From: Bacteroidota bacterium
Lineage (GTDB): Bacteria; Bacteroidota; Bacteroidia; NS11-12g; UBA955
NCBI GenBank assembly: GCA_013205405.1
Contig: JABMMZ010000015.1
Coordinates: 1,647-65,646, forward strand
DNA length: 64,000 bases
Reading direction: 5' to 3'
Part shown: piece by piece, positions 9,531-19,865 of the stretch
Numbering within the stretch: the first letter of the stretch is position 1
Layout: the number at the start of each line of letters is the position of its first letter
Translations under genes and position numbers: made by a program
The notes under the pieces: model-generated
Database searches by the model: none
What the model was told of the DNA's origin: nothing
The model's input: only the letters and a program-made list of their open reading frames with translations

Positions 9531-12500
9531 TTATTGATCGCCTGGTTTCACCTTTTTTTCTTTAGGTTTCATGTATAATACATCACCTTTAACAATAGGG
9601 TTGATTTTTTTAATAGCCATATTCAAAGCGCCAATAGTTGGTACATCTACTTTATTGCTAATAGTAACTTTTACGTTTTCTAAAATAACATCACCTATTT
9701 GCAAAGTTTTTATAATAAATACATTGCTTTTCATTTTTTTACCACTGGCTGTTTTAAAACTTTCTCCTTCTTCAAAATCTCCTTTTTCAATAGCGCGACT
9801 TTCCAAAAGTTGCTCTGCCATGGCTTCAGTAATTTCTATTTTTTTACTGGTTAAATCATATTTCCAATTTACGTTTTCTTTATCATTTACCATTGTAGGC
9901 ACCATTTTATCGCCACCTTCGTTTATCAAAGTTATACGCTTGTAATCATCCAAATTCAAAGAATCTACTTTTGGTGGTATAGGTGAAGTAGTTGTTACAA
10001 CAGGCTTTGTTCCTGTAGTGCCTGTATTACCCGTTCCATTGCCTTTAGTAGCGTTACTTTCTATTGGTCCGCCTTTAAGGGCTTCTGTATTGATATTTTT
10101 ATAAACCAATTCGTCATCTTCAGTATTAATAATAGCACCAATTGCTTTCAATGCATCATATCCAAGGGTATAAGGTGCAGTTCCAGCATTTATTTTTAGG
10201 GTTTGGTTCATTAGGTTAAAACCTCTTTCTTTTCCACCTACTCTAAGTGTACCTAATTTTACAGTAGCATTTGGTTTAAGTTTTCCTGCTAAAATATCTG
10301 CAGCTGTTATACCTACTAGGTCAGTTGGTTTTATCAATCCTTTTTCTACTAGTTTTTTTAATTCTGGCATAGAGATACTCATATCTGCACCTGGAATAAT
10401 AGCAGTACCTGTAGCTTCTAAGTTATTGCCTGCTGCTTCGCTAGTATAAGTAGCACCTACTTTTCTAAGTTTAACAATAATTGCTTTAACATTGGTATTA
10501 TTCTTATCGCTGCTAATTATTTCTTTCAAGTTTGGATCAAAATTAATATCCAACGTTTTGAAAGTAGTTCTTCTATTTTTTTGGTGTTCATCCTCCGAAC
10601 AACCTGATTTAACAGTGCCTTCGCAAGCACAATTGTTTACCAATTGACTTTCTCCATATCCTTTAGCTACCAATCTGCGTGCATCTATACCATTTTTAGC
10701 CAACCATGCTACAGCACTATCTGCTCTGCGCTGAGAAAGGTCAATATTATAATCGTAAGATGAACGGCAATCTGTATGAGAACCTAACTCCATCCGTAGT
10801 TTAGGATATTTTTTCATTAATGGTAAAATTACTTCACTCATTACCTTGGCTGCATCTGGCCTAATAAAAGCTTTATCTAAATCGTAATATATAGGTAAAA
10901 CAATATCTATGTATTGAGATTTTAAACAAAAGTCTTTATAAATAGTGGTTGAATTTTTAATTCCTTTAGTTGTAAATTGTTTAGGCTCTGCGTCAAATTT
11001 ATAAGCTTCTTGATTAGTACAAGTTATTTCATAATTTATTTTTTCTTTCAAAATAGCAGTGCATCTGCCATTGGCATCTGTTTTTAGAACAACTTTATTG
11101 CTGTCTTTATCATTTGTAATTGTAACTATGCTATTGGCTAATGGTTTAGTTAAGTTGTTTTTAGTATTATCCGGAGGTATACACTCGTATACATCTACAA
11201 TTAAATCAATTACCAATGGCACTATTTTAAATTCATAAATATCATCGTGGCCTTTGCCATCGCATCTGTTAGAAGTTATGAAACCATGATCGGGGTTGCC
11301 AATATTAAAAGTGATACTGAAATCATCACCACCACTATTTAAAGGAGCTCTTAGGTTTTCTGGCTCAGTCCATTCTGTTCCGCTGCCTTCTGTTCTAAAA
11401 ATATCAAATCCACCAATGCCTAAATGGCCTGTAGACGAAAAATATAAATTTTGATCGTGGCTGTTCCAATAAGGAAAGGCTTCATTTTGCTCAGTATTAA
11501 TAGTTTCTCCTAAATTGATAGGATCTCCCCAAGATTTAGCCCTTTGGTTATATACCACCATCCAAATATCCGAACCACCATATCCACCATCTCTATCACT
11601 TGTAAAATAAAGACGTTTACCATCTTCACTTAATGAAGGATGTCCGTAAAATGACGAATCTTCTGTACAAAATGGTAATACCAGTTCATCAGTCCATTCA
11701 GTTCCATTGAAAGTGGCAGACATTAAAACACATCTTTGTGCACCTTTTCCATCTGCTCCATTACATTGGGTATAATACATGGTGCCAAATTTTCTATCGA
11801 AGGCACAGGTGCCATCATTAAATTTGGTATTAATATTTCCTAACACTATTTCTGGTTTACCCCATTTAATTGCGGTTGGGTCTTTTTTATTTTTTTTATC
11901 TCTAACACCTTTTAGCATCCATAAATCATGGAAACCATTGGTCCAGCCATATACTTTTTTCTTGCTTGGTCCACCTATTCTGTCAGTTGTAAAATACAAA
12001 ACATCGTCTTTTTTACTACCAATCATAGGACTGTATTCGTAAGAAGAAGAATTAGTAGGTTTAAAATTAGTAACTTTAAAACGACTTAAAGGTGCTTGTT
12101 TTTTCCAGCTTTCGGCACTGTCAATGGCTGCTAGTTTTTTTAACACCTTTTCATCATTCGGTACTTCTTCTAAGTAAGTTTTAAAATATTTTCTAGCTTC
12201 TCTTAATGCTTCAGGATTACAATCGCCTGCAATAGCCATTTTATTAACACCTAAATAATAAAGCGCATCTGTATTTTTAGGTTCTTTTTTGATTACTTTC
12301 TCATAAGCTTTTACAGCTTTATCATACTCCTCTGCCATTCTGTAACAGTTAGCAGCTTCGCGTCTGGCGCGCATTTGGGTGTCTTTGTCTTTTACCTGAC
12401 TAGAAAGTTTGGTATACAAATCTGCAGCATATTTATACTGTAATTTTGCTTTTGCAGCATCTGCTTGTTTTAGGCTTTTAGAGCCGCAGCTACTAAAAAA

Positions 12501-12551
12501 CAAGCCGGCTAGTAGAAAGCCGAAACATAAAAATTTTATAGTTTTATTCAT
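9531..12551 (-). CDS. TPR / PD40 beta-propeller / OmpA-domain lipoprotein with a 339-aa C-terminal extension
   Basis: Lipobox LFFSSCG, TPR helices, PD40 motifs (LYFTTDR, LYFTSDRDGGYGGSDIW, LYFSSTG), OmpA domain (LSQRRADSAVAWL...NRRTTFK). This is followed by extra sequence to residue 1006. Confidence 0.85.
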   Translation of the reverse strand: MNKTIKFLCFGFLLAGLFFSSCGSKSLKQADAAKAKLQYKYAADLYTKLSSQVKDKDTQMRARREAANCYRMAEEYDKAVKAYEKVIKKEPKNTDALYYLGVNKMAIAGDCNPEALREARKYFKTYLEEVPNDEKVLKKLAAIDSAESWKKQAPLSRFKVTNFKPTNSSSYEYSPMIGSKKDDVLYFTTDRIGGPSKKKVYGWTNGFHDLWMLKGVRDKKNKKDPTAIKWGKPEIVLGNINTKFNDGTCAFDRKFGTMYYTQCNGADGKGAQRCVLMSATFNGTEWTDELVLPFCTEDSSFYGHPSLSEDGKRLYFTSDRDGGYGGSDIWMVVYNQRAKSWGDPINLGETINTEQNEAFPYWNSHDQNLYFSSTGHLGIGGFDIFRTEGSGTEWTEPENLRAPLNSGGDDFSITFNIGNPDHGFITSNRCDGKGHDDIYEFKIVPLVIDLIVDVYECIPPDNTKNNLTKPLANSIVTITNDKDSNKVVLKTDANGRCTAILKEKINYEITCTNQEAYKFDAEPKQFTTKGIKNSTTIYKDFCLKSQYIDIVLPIYYDLDKAFIRPDAAKVMSEVILPLMKKYPKLRMELGSHTDCRSSYDYNIDLSQRRADSAVAWLAKNGIDARRLVAKGYGESQLVNNCACEGTVKSGCSEDEHQKNRRTTFKTLDINFDPNLKEIISSDKNNTNVKAIIVKLRKVGATYTSEAAGNNLEATGTAIIPGADMSISMPELKKLVEKGLIKPTDLVGITAADILAGKLKPNATVKLGTLRVGGKERGFNLMNQTLKINAGTAPYTLGYDALKAIGAIINTEDDELVYKNINTEALKGGPIESNATKGNGTGNTGTTGTKPVVTTTSPIPPKVDSLNLDDYKRITLINEGGDKMVPTMVNDKENVNWKYDLTSKKIEITEAMAEQLLESRAIEKGDFEEGESFKTASGKKMKSNVFIIKTLQIGDVILENVKVTISNKVDVPTIGALNMAIKKINPIVKGDVLYMKPKEKKVKPGDQ

Positions 12552-12693
12552 TGAGTATTTGTATTCTACAATTAGTTTGTGAACTTACAAACCTACACGA
12601 AAATATTAATTTACCAAAATTGTAAGGCATAAAGTTTCAAAAAATTTAATATTTAACGTATATTGAGCCTTTAAATATTGTAATCAAGGCGTA

Positions 12694-13257
12694 TTATTTT
12701 ATTTTAAGTGCATTTTCTAAGAGCAATAAATAGTCTTTTTGACTTATCTCTTTGGCTCCAAATTGTTTTAAATGCTCTGTCATAAATTGGCAATCTACTA
12801 ATACAAAATCATTTGTATTTATCCAATCTAAAAGAAACATCAATCCTATTTTACTCGCATTGGTAACGGTATGAAACATACTTTCGCCAAAAAACACTTT
12901 GCCAATGGCAACACCATATAAGCCACCAACTAATTGTCCATCTTGCCAGGCCTCAAAACTATGCGCATAGCCCATTTTGTGCAATCCGCAATACACCTCA
13001 ATAATTTCGTCCGAAATCCAAGTTTCATCTCTTTTGCTGCAAGCAGTGATAGTGGCTTTAAAGTTTTTGTTTTTATAAAGTTGAAAAATTTCTTTTCTAT
13101 ATTCTTTCAATAAATTTTTAGAAACTTTGAACTCTTCTGGTAAAATAATACCACGCAAAGTTGGTTCATACCAATATATTTCATTATCCTCTTCTGGCTC
13201 TGCCATTGGGAAAATGCCTTGTGAATAGCCATGTAAAACTTGATGTGCCGTTAACAT
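12694..13257 (-). CDS. aat: leucyl/phenylalanyl-tRNA--protein transferase
   Basis: YSQGIFPM, WYEP..RGII, GGLYGVAIGKVFFGESMF; 187 aa. Confidence 0.9.
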   Translation of the reverse strand: MLTAHQVLHGYSQGIFPMAEPEEDNEIYWYEPTLRGIILPEEFKVSKNLLKEYRKEIFQLYKNKNFKATITACSKRDETWISDEIIEVYCGLHKMGYAHSFEAWQDGQLVGGLYGVAIGKVFFGESMFHTVTNASKIGLMFLLDWINTNDFVLVDCQFMTEHLKQFGAKEISQKDYLLLLENALKIK

Positions 13258-13316
13258 TACTTGTGTGATGCAAAAATATAGAAAATTCTTATGGTGAATT
13301 AATATTAATAAAATTA

Positions 13317-13324
13317 TATATTTG
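13317..13324 (+). promoter_or_regulatory. Bacteroidota -7 promoter motif TAnnTTTG upstream of gcvT
   Basis: TATATTTG sits 15 nt before ATG 13340. It overlaps the TTG (13322) at which the track ORF opens, which argues for ATG 13340 as the start. Confidence 0.4.
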
Positions 13325-13339
13325 CCCTATAATTATTTA

Positions 13340-14437
13340 ATGGAAAATATATCTCAATCTTTACAATTAGTAGAACTTAATGATTTGCACATAGCTTTAG
13401 GGGCTAAAATGGTACCTTTTGCAGGTTTTAATATGCCAGTGCAATACACCAATTTAATTCAAGAACACAATGCTGTAAGAAATAATGTTGGTGTATTCGA
13501 TGTGTCACACATGGGCGAATTTTTAATTAAAGGCGAACGTGCTTTAGAATTAATTCAATTGCTAACTAGCAACGATGCTTCGAAACTAGAAGATGGTAAA
13601 ATACAATACAGTTGCTTGCCAAATAATACAGGTGGAATAGTAGACGATTTATTAGTTTATAGATACAATGCGAATGAATATTACCTAGTAGTGAACGCCG
13701 GTAATATAGAAAAAGATTGGAACTGGATAGCCCAGCATAATACTTTTGGTGTAACAATGGAAAACCTTAGCGACCAATTGTGTTTGTTTGCAGTCCAAGG
13801 ACCAAATGCCGTAAAAGTGCTTCAAAAATTAACAGATGTAAATTTAAGTGATATACCATATTATGCTTTCAAAGGAGGCGCAATAGCAGGATGCGAAGAT
13901 GTGATTATTTCTAACACTGGTTATACTGGTGCAGGCGGTTTTGAATTGTATGTTTGGAATATGGATTCCAAAAAACTGTGGGAAGCTATTTTTGAAGCAG
14001 GAAAAGAATTTGATATTCAGCCTTGTGGATTAGGATGCAGGGATACCTTGCGATTAGAAAAAGGCTTTTGTTTATATGGCCATGATATTGATGACAATAC
14101 ATCACCTATAGAAGCTGGCTTAGGTTGGATAACTAAATTTACAAAAGATTTCGTTAATAGTAGCTACCACAAAGGATTAAAGGAAAAGGGTGTTACTAAA
14201 AAATTAGTTGGTTTTGAAATGATAGACAGAGGCATTCCAAGACAATATTATAAAATAAAAGACGCTAATGGCACTATAATTGGCGAAGTAAGCTCTGGTA
14301 CACAATCGCCAAGTTTAGGAAAAGCAATAGGCATGGGATATGTAACCATAGAAAATAGTAAATTAGAAACTGAAATTTATATAGATATTCGAGATAAAGC
14401 TTTAAAAGCAATTGTAACTAAAGTTCCATTTTTATAA
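13340..14437 (+). CDS. gcvT: glycine cleavage system aminomethyltransferase (T protein)
   Basis: [49 protein letters not shown]. Confidence 0.95.
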   Translation: MENISQSLQLVELNDLHIALGAKMVPFAGFNMPVQYTNLIQEHNAVRNNVGVFDVSHMGEFLIKGERALELIQLLTSNDASKLEDGKIQYSCLPNNTGGIVDDLLVYRYNANEYYLVVNAGNIEKDWNWIAQHNTFGVTMENLSDQLCLFAVQGPNAVKVLQKLTDVNLSDIPYYAFKGGAIAGCEDVIISNTGYTGAGGFELYVWNMDSKKLWEAIFEAGKEFDIQPCGLGCRDTLRLEKGFCLYGHDIDDNTSPIEAGLGWITKFTKDFVNSSYHKGLKEKGVTKKLVGFEMIDRGIPRQYYKIKDANGTIIGEVSSGTQSPSLGKAIGMGYVTIENSKLETEIYIDIRDKALKAIVTKVPFL

Positions 14438-14444
14438 ATATATT

Positions 14445-15098
14445 ATGACCCAATTAACAACATTAAAACTTAGCTTATTTACAGCATTTTTATGCTTAAG
14501 CGCGTCTACTCGTGCAGAAACAAATGACGGTATACCAACTTCGGTAACACGCACTTCTTTGTATAAAAAAATGATTCACACAAATCCTTTAGCATTGACC
14601 GTAGGGGGGTTTGAAATCGGCTTTGAAAAAGTAACCCAACAAAAAGAAAGTTTTTATATTCAAGCTGGTTATTATTTAAGCCAAGCTGCTGGTTCATTAC
14701 AATTAAAAAATACGGGTTATTCAAATATGAATGGTATTCGTTTAGAGCTACAATATCGTTTTTATCGCAAATCTAATAATTATGTAAAAAATATTTTTAT
14801 TGCGCCCTTTTTTAATTTTAAAACTGTATCAGCAGATTTTGAAGAATCGGTATATAGTAATCCAGGATCTATTCTGACCATTAAAGAAAAACATGCTGCT
14901 ACCACTGTTTCCTTTGGCTATATGATGGGTTTAAGAAAATCAATATTTGAAAATGTATATTTAGATTTTTCAATTGGGGGAGGTGTATTTATTCCAGCAG
15001 CTGGAAATTTTCACGAAAGATTAAATATTCCTTTTGTAAATCCCTATCAAAAAGGGGTACAGTTCAAAGCTAATTTAGGCTTATGTTTAGCTCTTTAA
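14445..15098 (+). CDS. hypothetical secreted/outer-membrane beta-barrel-like protein
   Basis: Signal peptide (LSLFTAFLCLSASTRA), alternating aromatic/hydrophobic strands, aromatic-rich C-terminus. No family recognised with certainty. Confidence 0.45.
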   Translation: MTQLTTLKLSLFTAFLCLSASTRAETNDGIPTSVTRTSLYKKMIHTNPLALTVGGFEIGFEKVTQQKESFYIQAGYYLSQAAGSLQLKNTGYSNMNGIRLELQYRFYRKSNNYVKNIFIAPFFNFKTVSADFEESVYSNPGSILTIKEKHAATTVSFGYMMGLRKSIFENVYLDFSIGGGVFIPAAGNFHERLNIPFVNPYQKGVQFKANLGLCLAL

Positions 15099-15170
15099 TG
15101 CCTTAGCCTAAGGGGATTAAAAAAATATTTTAAAACACGCTTTTTTATTCTTAAATTTGTTATTCAGAAA

Positions 15171-15952
15171 ATGAATTTCAATATATTCTATACACTTCCG
15201 ATAAAGGAATTACAACTATTACTCTCAATAGACCAGATGTTTTTAATGCCTTTAATGATGAGCAAAGTTACGAGCTACAAGATGCACTTAAAAGTGCTAA
15301 AAAAGACCAAGAAACCCGCGTAGTTATAATAACTGGAGCAGGTAAGGCTTTCTGCAGTGGACAAGATTTAAAAGCCATAGCAGGTGCAGAAAAGCGTTCA
15401 TTTATAGAGTCTTTAACTAAAAGATATAATCCTATAATTAGAGAGATGCGTAATATGCCTAAGCCTATTATTTGCAAATTAAATGGAGTAGCTGCTGGTG
15501 CTGGATGTTCCATAGCCCTAGCTTCAGATTTTATTGTAGCGAGTGAAAATGCCAGTTTAATAGAAGTATTTATCAATGTAGGGTTAGTATTAGATAGTGG
15601 TTCTTCATTTTTTTTACCTCGTTTAGTTGGCAGCGCCCGTGCATTTGAACTCAGTACTATGGGTAGCAAAGTAACAGCTAAGCAAGCGCTAGAGTGGGGA
15701 ATGGTTAACAGATGTGTAGCCCCTGAGCTACTAGACGAAGAAACCCAAAAAATAGCAGAGTACTATGCTAACGCTCCTACAAAAGCGATTGCCTTAATGA
15801 AAAAAATGTTGAATAAATCATTTAACAGTGATTTAGAAACTATGTTGGAATATGAAACCTATTACCAAGAAATAGCAGGCAGCAGCAGCGATAATAAAGA
15901 AGGAGTAGCGGCATTTAACGAAAAAAGAAAACCACAATTTACAGGTAAATGA
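15171..15952 (+). pseudogene. enoyl-CoA hydratase/isomerase (crotonase family) with an apparent 1-nt deletion three codons after the start
   Basis: Crotonase homology (ITTITLNRPDVFNAFND...VVIITGAGKAFCSGQDL...) is open from 15161. That frame has no ATG/GTG/TTG before 15446. ATG 15171 is in the -1 frame; one extra T in TTT 15176-15178 would give MNFQYILYTSDKG. Confidence 0.75.
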
Positions 15953-17322
15953 AAAAGCTGTTTTCTATTTTAACGCCTCTTTGTTTTTTTATGTCATTTG
16001 CATTAAATTCACAAGTGCAGCCAATGCCTATTTGTGGCTATGACCATGAATTAAAAAAAATACTTGAAAAAAATCCTAATTTCTTAGATTTCCAAAATTC
16101 AATTTTTGAAAATGCGTATCAAAAGCAAATGTTATTGAATAATAGCAAACGCTCTATTGTAGCTGATACAGAATACTATGAAATTCCACTTGTTTTTCAT
16201 GTAATTTACAAAACAAGTACTCAAAATCTTAGTTCAGCAATTATAATGTCGCAGTTTAATGCTTTAAATGAAGATTTTCGTAAGCGTAATGCTGATACAA
16301 CAGGTATTAGAAGTATTTTTAAAAGCTTAGCTGCAGATGTAAAAATTCAATTTAAATTAGCAGCTACAGATCCTAATGGTAATGCAACATCGGGTATTAC
16401 TAGAACCCTAAGTGCAAAGAATACTTTTGCTATTAGTAATACAGGTGCTTATAGCGAAGACATGAAAAGTACCGCTAATGGTGGAATGGATGCTTGGAAT
16501 CCTGTAAAATATTTAAATATTTGGATTTGTAATTTAGATTTTGGTCCAGGAAAATTAGGAATAGTTTATGGTTTTGCGGTACCTCCAACTGGTGCGCCAA
16601 ACTGGGGTGGCAATGGCAATTTTCTTAAAGATGTAGATGATCCATTAAGTGGTGTAGTTTTACATTATGAAATAGTAGGTGTTAACAATCCACTTTCGCC
16701 TGCTGCCTATAAAAAAGGCAATACAGCAACGCACGAAATTGGCCATTATTTAGGATTGCGACATATATGGGGCGATGGCACTAATCCATTCACAGGACAA
16801 AATAATTGCCTTCAATCTGATGGGATATTTGATACACCGTTTGCAAGAGAATCGAATACTACCTGCCCTTCTAATAGAAATACTTGTAATGAAGGAGTAG
16901 ATGATAAACCTGATATGACAGAAAATTATATGGATTATGCACTAGATGTTTGCGGGGCAATGTTTACCAAACAACAAGCTTTTACAATGCGCTATGTTTT
17001 GCAAAATTTCAGAACAGGCTTACCAAATAGGAAAATTAATTATGATACTTTTCCAGATTATAGCACTAATCAATTGCTTATTTATCCTAATCCACTTAAA
17101 GAAAATGAAAAATTAAACATTCGTATAAATTCACCTACTAGCGGTACTTTTACTATAAAATTAATAGATGCAGTTGGACAATTTATAGAAGAGAAAAAGT
17201 ATAAAGCAAATCAACTGAGCGTTATGGATACTAATTGGCTTGCCAATGGTTTGTATTTTTTAATTTTAACGGAAGAAAACGGCACCGTTATTCAAAAACA
17301 AAAATTGATAGTAGGATATTAA
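15949..17322 (+). CDS. M43 (pappalysin/cytophagalysin-like) zinc metalloprotease with T9SS C-terminal sorting domain
   Basis: [15 protein letters not shown] zinc site, signal peptide, C-terminal [15 protein letters not shown]...[29 protein letters not shown] overlap with the upstream stop. Confidence 0.85.
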   Translation: MKKLFSILTPLCFFMSFALNSQVQPMPICGYDHELKKILEKNPNFLDFQNSIFENAYQKQMLLNNSKRSIVADTEYYEIPLVFHVIYKTSTQNLSSAIIMSQFNALNEDFRKRNADTTGIRSIFKSLAADVKIQFKLAATDPNGNATSGITRTLSAKNTFAISNTGAYSEDMKSTANGGMDAWNPVKYLNIWICNLDFGPGKLGIVYGFAVPPTGAPNWGGNGNFLKDVDDPLSGVVLHYEIVGVNNPLSPAAYKKGNTATHEIGHYLGLRHIWGDGTNPFTGQNNCLQSDGIFDTPFARESNTTCPSNRNTCNEGVDDKPDMTENYMDYALDVCGAMFTKQQAFTMRYVLQNFRTGLPNRKINYDTFPDYSTNQLLIYPNPLKENEKLNIRINSPTSGTFTIKLIDAVGQFIEEKKYKANQLSVMDTNWLANGLYFLILTEENGTVIQKQKLIVGY

Positions 17323-19064
17323 ATTTGAGAGTTTATCCCCAATTCCTTCAATTGTTTAGCATCTATCACCGAAGGGGCATCTATCATTACATCTCTTCCT
17401 TGATTGTTTTTAGGAAAAGCAATAAAATCTCTGATACTATCTGCACCACCAAAAAGACTGCATAGCCTATCGAACCCAAAAGCAATACCACCATGCGGAG
17501 GTGCGCCATATTCAAAGGCATTCATTAAAAAGCCAAATTGATATCGGGCTTCTTCATCTGTAAAACCAAGCGTTTTAAACATTTTGGCTTGCAACTCTTT
17601 ATTAAAAATACGAATACTACCACCGCCTACTTCTACACCATTTATTACCATGTCATAAGCATTAGCCTTTATAGCACCAGGGTTGGTATCTAATAATGGA
17701 ATATCTGCTGGTTTGGGACTTGTAAATGGATGGTGCATGGCATGCCATCTATTATTTTCATCATCAAACTCTAGTAATGGAAAATCAACTACCCAGAGTG
17801 CTTTAAATTCGTCTTTTTTACGTAAACCCATTCTACTGCCCATTTCCAAACGTAGCTCACTCATTTGTTTTTGAGCATCTTTTGTTGTTCCACTTAACAA
17901 TAATATTAAATCACCCGCTTGTGCATGGCATTTTTCAGCCCATTGTTTTAAGTCTTCTTGACTGTAAAATTTATCTACCGAGCTTTTAAAAGTACCATCT
18001 GCATTACACAGAACATATACCATACCTTTAGCACCTATTTGTGGGCGTTTTACCCATTCTGTCAGTTCATCTAATTGCTTGCGGGTATAGTTTGCGCAGC
18101 CATTAGCTGTAATAGCTAAAACACATTCCGCAGTATCAAGAATTGGAAAACCTTTGCCTTTTACTAATTCCGTTAAGTAATTAAATTGCATATCAAATCG
18201 AATATCAGGTTTATCGTTGCCATAGTTATGCATGGCTTCTTCGTAAGTTATGCGGGGCAATGTACCTATGTCAATTCCTTTTACTTGTTTAAATAAATAT
18301 TGCACCATGCCTTCAAAAAGATTTAAAATATCTTCTTGTTCTACAAAACTCATTTCGCAATCTATTTGTGTAAACTCAGGCTGTCTATCCGCTCTTAAAT
18401 CTTCATCTCTAAAACATTTTACAATTTGGTAATATCTATCAAATCCGCTTATCATTAATAATTGCTTAAAAGTTTGCGGACTTTGGGGTAAAGCATAAAA
18501 CTCACCCTGATTCATGCGACTAGGTACTACAAAATCGCGTGCTCCTTCAGGCGTGCTTTTTATGAGTACAGGTGTTTCTACTTCTATAAATTCTTTTTGA
18601 TCTAAATAGCCTCGTACATGCTTGGCTACTGCATGACGCAACATCAAATTAGCCCTTACATTATCGCGTCTTAAATCTAAATAACGGTATTGCATGCGCA
18701 ATTCATCGCCACCATCCGTTTCTTCTTCAATAGTAAATGGAGGCGTTAAGGAACTGTTTAGAATAGTTAATGATTCTACTACTATTTCAATATCACCTGT
18801 TGGTATTTTAGCATTTTTACTGCTGCGTTCAGTTACCATACCGTTTACTTGAATTACAAACTCACGACCAAGTTTTCTGCTTTCAGCCAGCAATTGTTGA
18901 TTATATTCTTCATTAAAACTTAATTGCGTAATGCCATATCTATCTCTTAAATCTATAAAAGTGAGTGCACCAAAATCTCTTCTTTTAGCCACCCAACCAC
19001 TAAGGGTTACTGTTTGATTGTTATTGTCAATTCTTAATTCTCCACAAGTATGCGTACGAAACAT
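17319..19064 (-). CDS. aspS: aspartate--tRNA ligase
   Basis: 581 aa. Class II motif 2 [18 protein letters not shown]; motif 3 [10 protein letters not shown]. Confidence 0.97.
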   Translation of the reverse strand: MFRTHTCGELRIDNNNQTVTLSGWVAKRRDFGALTFIDLRDRYGITQLSFNEEYNQQLLAESRKLGREFVIQVNGMVTERSSKNAKIPTGDIEIVVESLTILNSSLTPPFTIEEETDGGDELRMQYRYLDLRRDNVRANLMLRHAVAKHVRGYLDQKEFIEVETPVLIKSTPEGARDFVVPSRMNQGEFYALPQSPQTFKQLLMISGFDRYYQIVKCFRDEDLRADRQPEFTQIDCEMSFVEQEDILNLFEGMVQYLFKQVKGIDIGTLPRITYEEAMHNYGNDKPDIRFDMQFNYLTELVKGKGFPILDTAECVLAITANGCANYTRKQLDELTEWVKRPQIGAKGMVYVLCNADGTFKSSVDKFYSQEDLKQWAEKCHAQAGDLILLLSGTTKDAQKQMSELRLEMGSRMGLRKKDEFKALWVVDFPLLEFDDENNRWHAMHHPFTSPKPADIPLLDTNPGAIKANAYDMVINGVEVGGGSIRIFNKELQAKMFKTLGFTDEEARYQFGFLMNAFEYGAPPHGGIAFGFDRLCSLFGGADSIRDFIAFPKNNQGRDVMIDAPSVIDAKQLKELGINSQI

Positions 19065-19216
19065 AAACGCAAAAGTAATTTTTTTTATGAAATAAGAACC
19101 ATTTCTATGAATTTTTAATTGTTTCCAAAATAAATTTTGATAAAGTATAATTTAAAAGTATTTTTTATAAAATTAAGGTCATTAAATATTTAAAGAATAA
19201 AATTAAAGTAACTTTT

Positions 19217-19774
19217 ATGACATTAAAGATTAAAAAACTTCTGATTCTATTTTTTATTACATAAATTAATTTTAGTTATTCTCAAGTGAATAATTCAATT
19301 CTTATTTCAAAAAATGCTCTTGTTAGTTTTAATTTATTCGGCCTTTATAGTTTTGGATATATGAGAGAAAATCTTAAAAGTAATAAAAATATGGCCTACG
19401 GTGCATATATTAATTTCTCACTCAATAAATCTAATAACAACAAAAATGAAATTAATGGAATTGTTTTAATGGGAACCTATAAAAAGTTTAATTATTATTT
19501 AGGACCATCCTTAATTTTTCATTTTGAAAGATACAAATATTCCACAACTAACTACATTTCAACTTATTTCGAAACGTCTAAAGGTATTGGCATTTATAAC
19601 TCATTGTCGTTTGATTTTACAAAAAATATATCCTTAATGACTGAGATTAATTTAAGTAAAATACATAAAAAAACGGAAAGTATTAATGAAACAAATGGCT
19701 ATAAATTAATTCAAAATTTTTATCCCTTTAAAATGGACAAAACATTCAGTTTAACCATAAAAATAAAATTATGA
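19217..19774 (+). pseudogene. small outer-membrane-like protein whose signal peptide is interrupted by in-frame TAA
   Basis: The track ORF opens at GTG 19286. In the same frame, ATG 19217 encodes MTLKIKKLLILFFIT, TAA (19262-19264), then INFSYSQ. That is a complete signal peptide apart from the stop. Confidence 0.6.
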
Positions 19775-19834
19775 AATTGATTAGGTGTCATTAATTTTTT
19801 AAAGATTTGTTTTAAAAAATAATATATATTGAAT

Positions 19835-19862
19835 CAATAACCAATAACTATCAACCAATAAC
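19835..19862. repeat. four tandem heptamers CAATAAC CAATAAC TATCAAC CAATAAC
   Basis: Read directly. The array ends 3 nt from the stop codon of the minus-strand gene 19866-20621. Confidence 0.8.
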
Positions 19863-19865
19863 TTT

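Noticed and set aside
13258-13339. Glycine riboswitch upstream of gcvT.
   Set aside because: The spacer is only about 80 nt, extremely AT-rich, and lacks the GGAGAG...ACCGAAGGGGCAA-type aptamer core.
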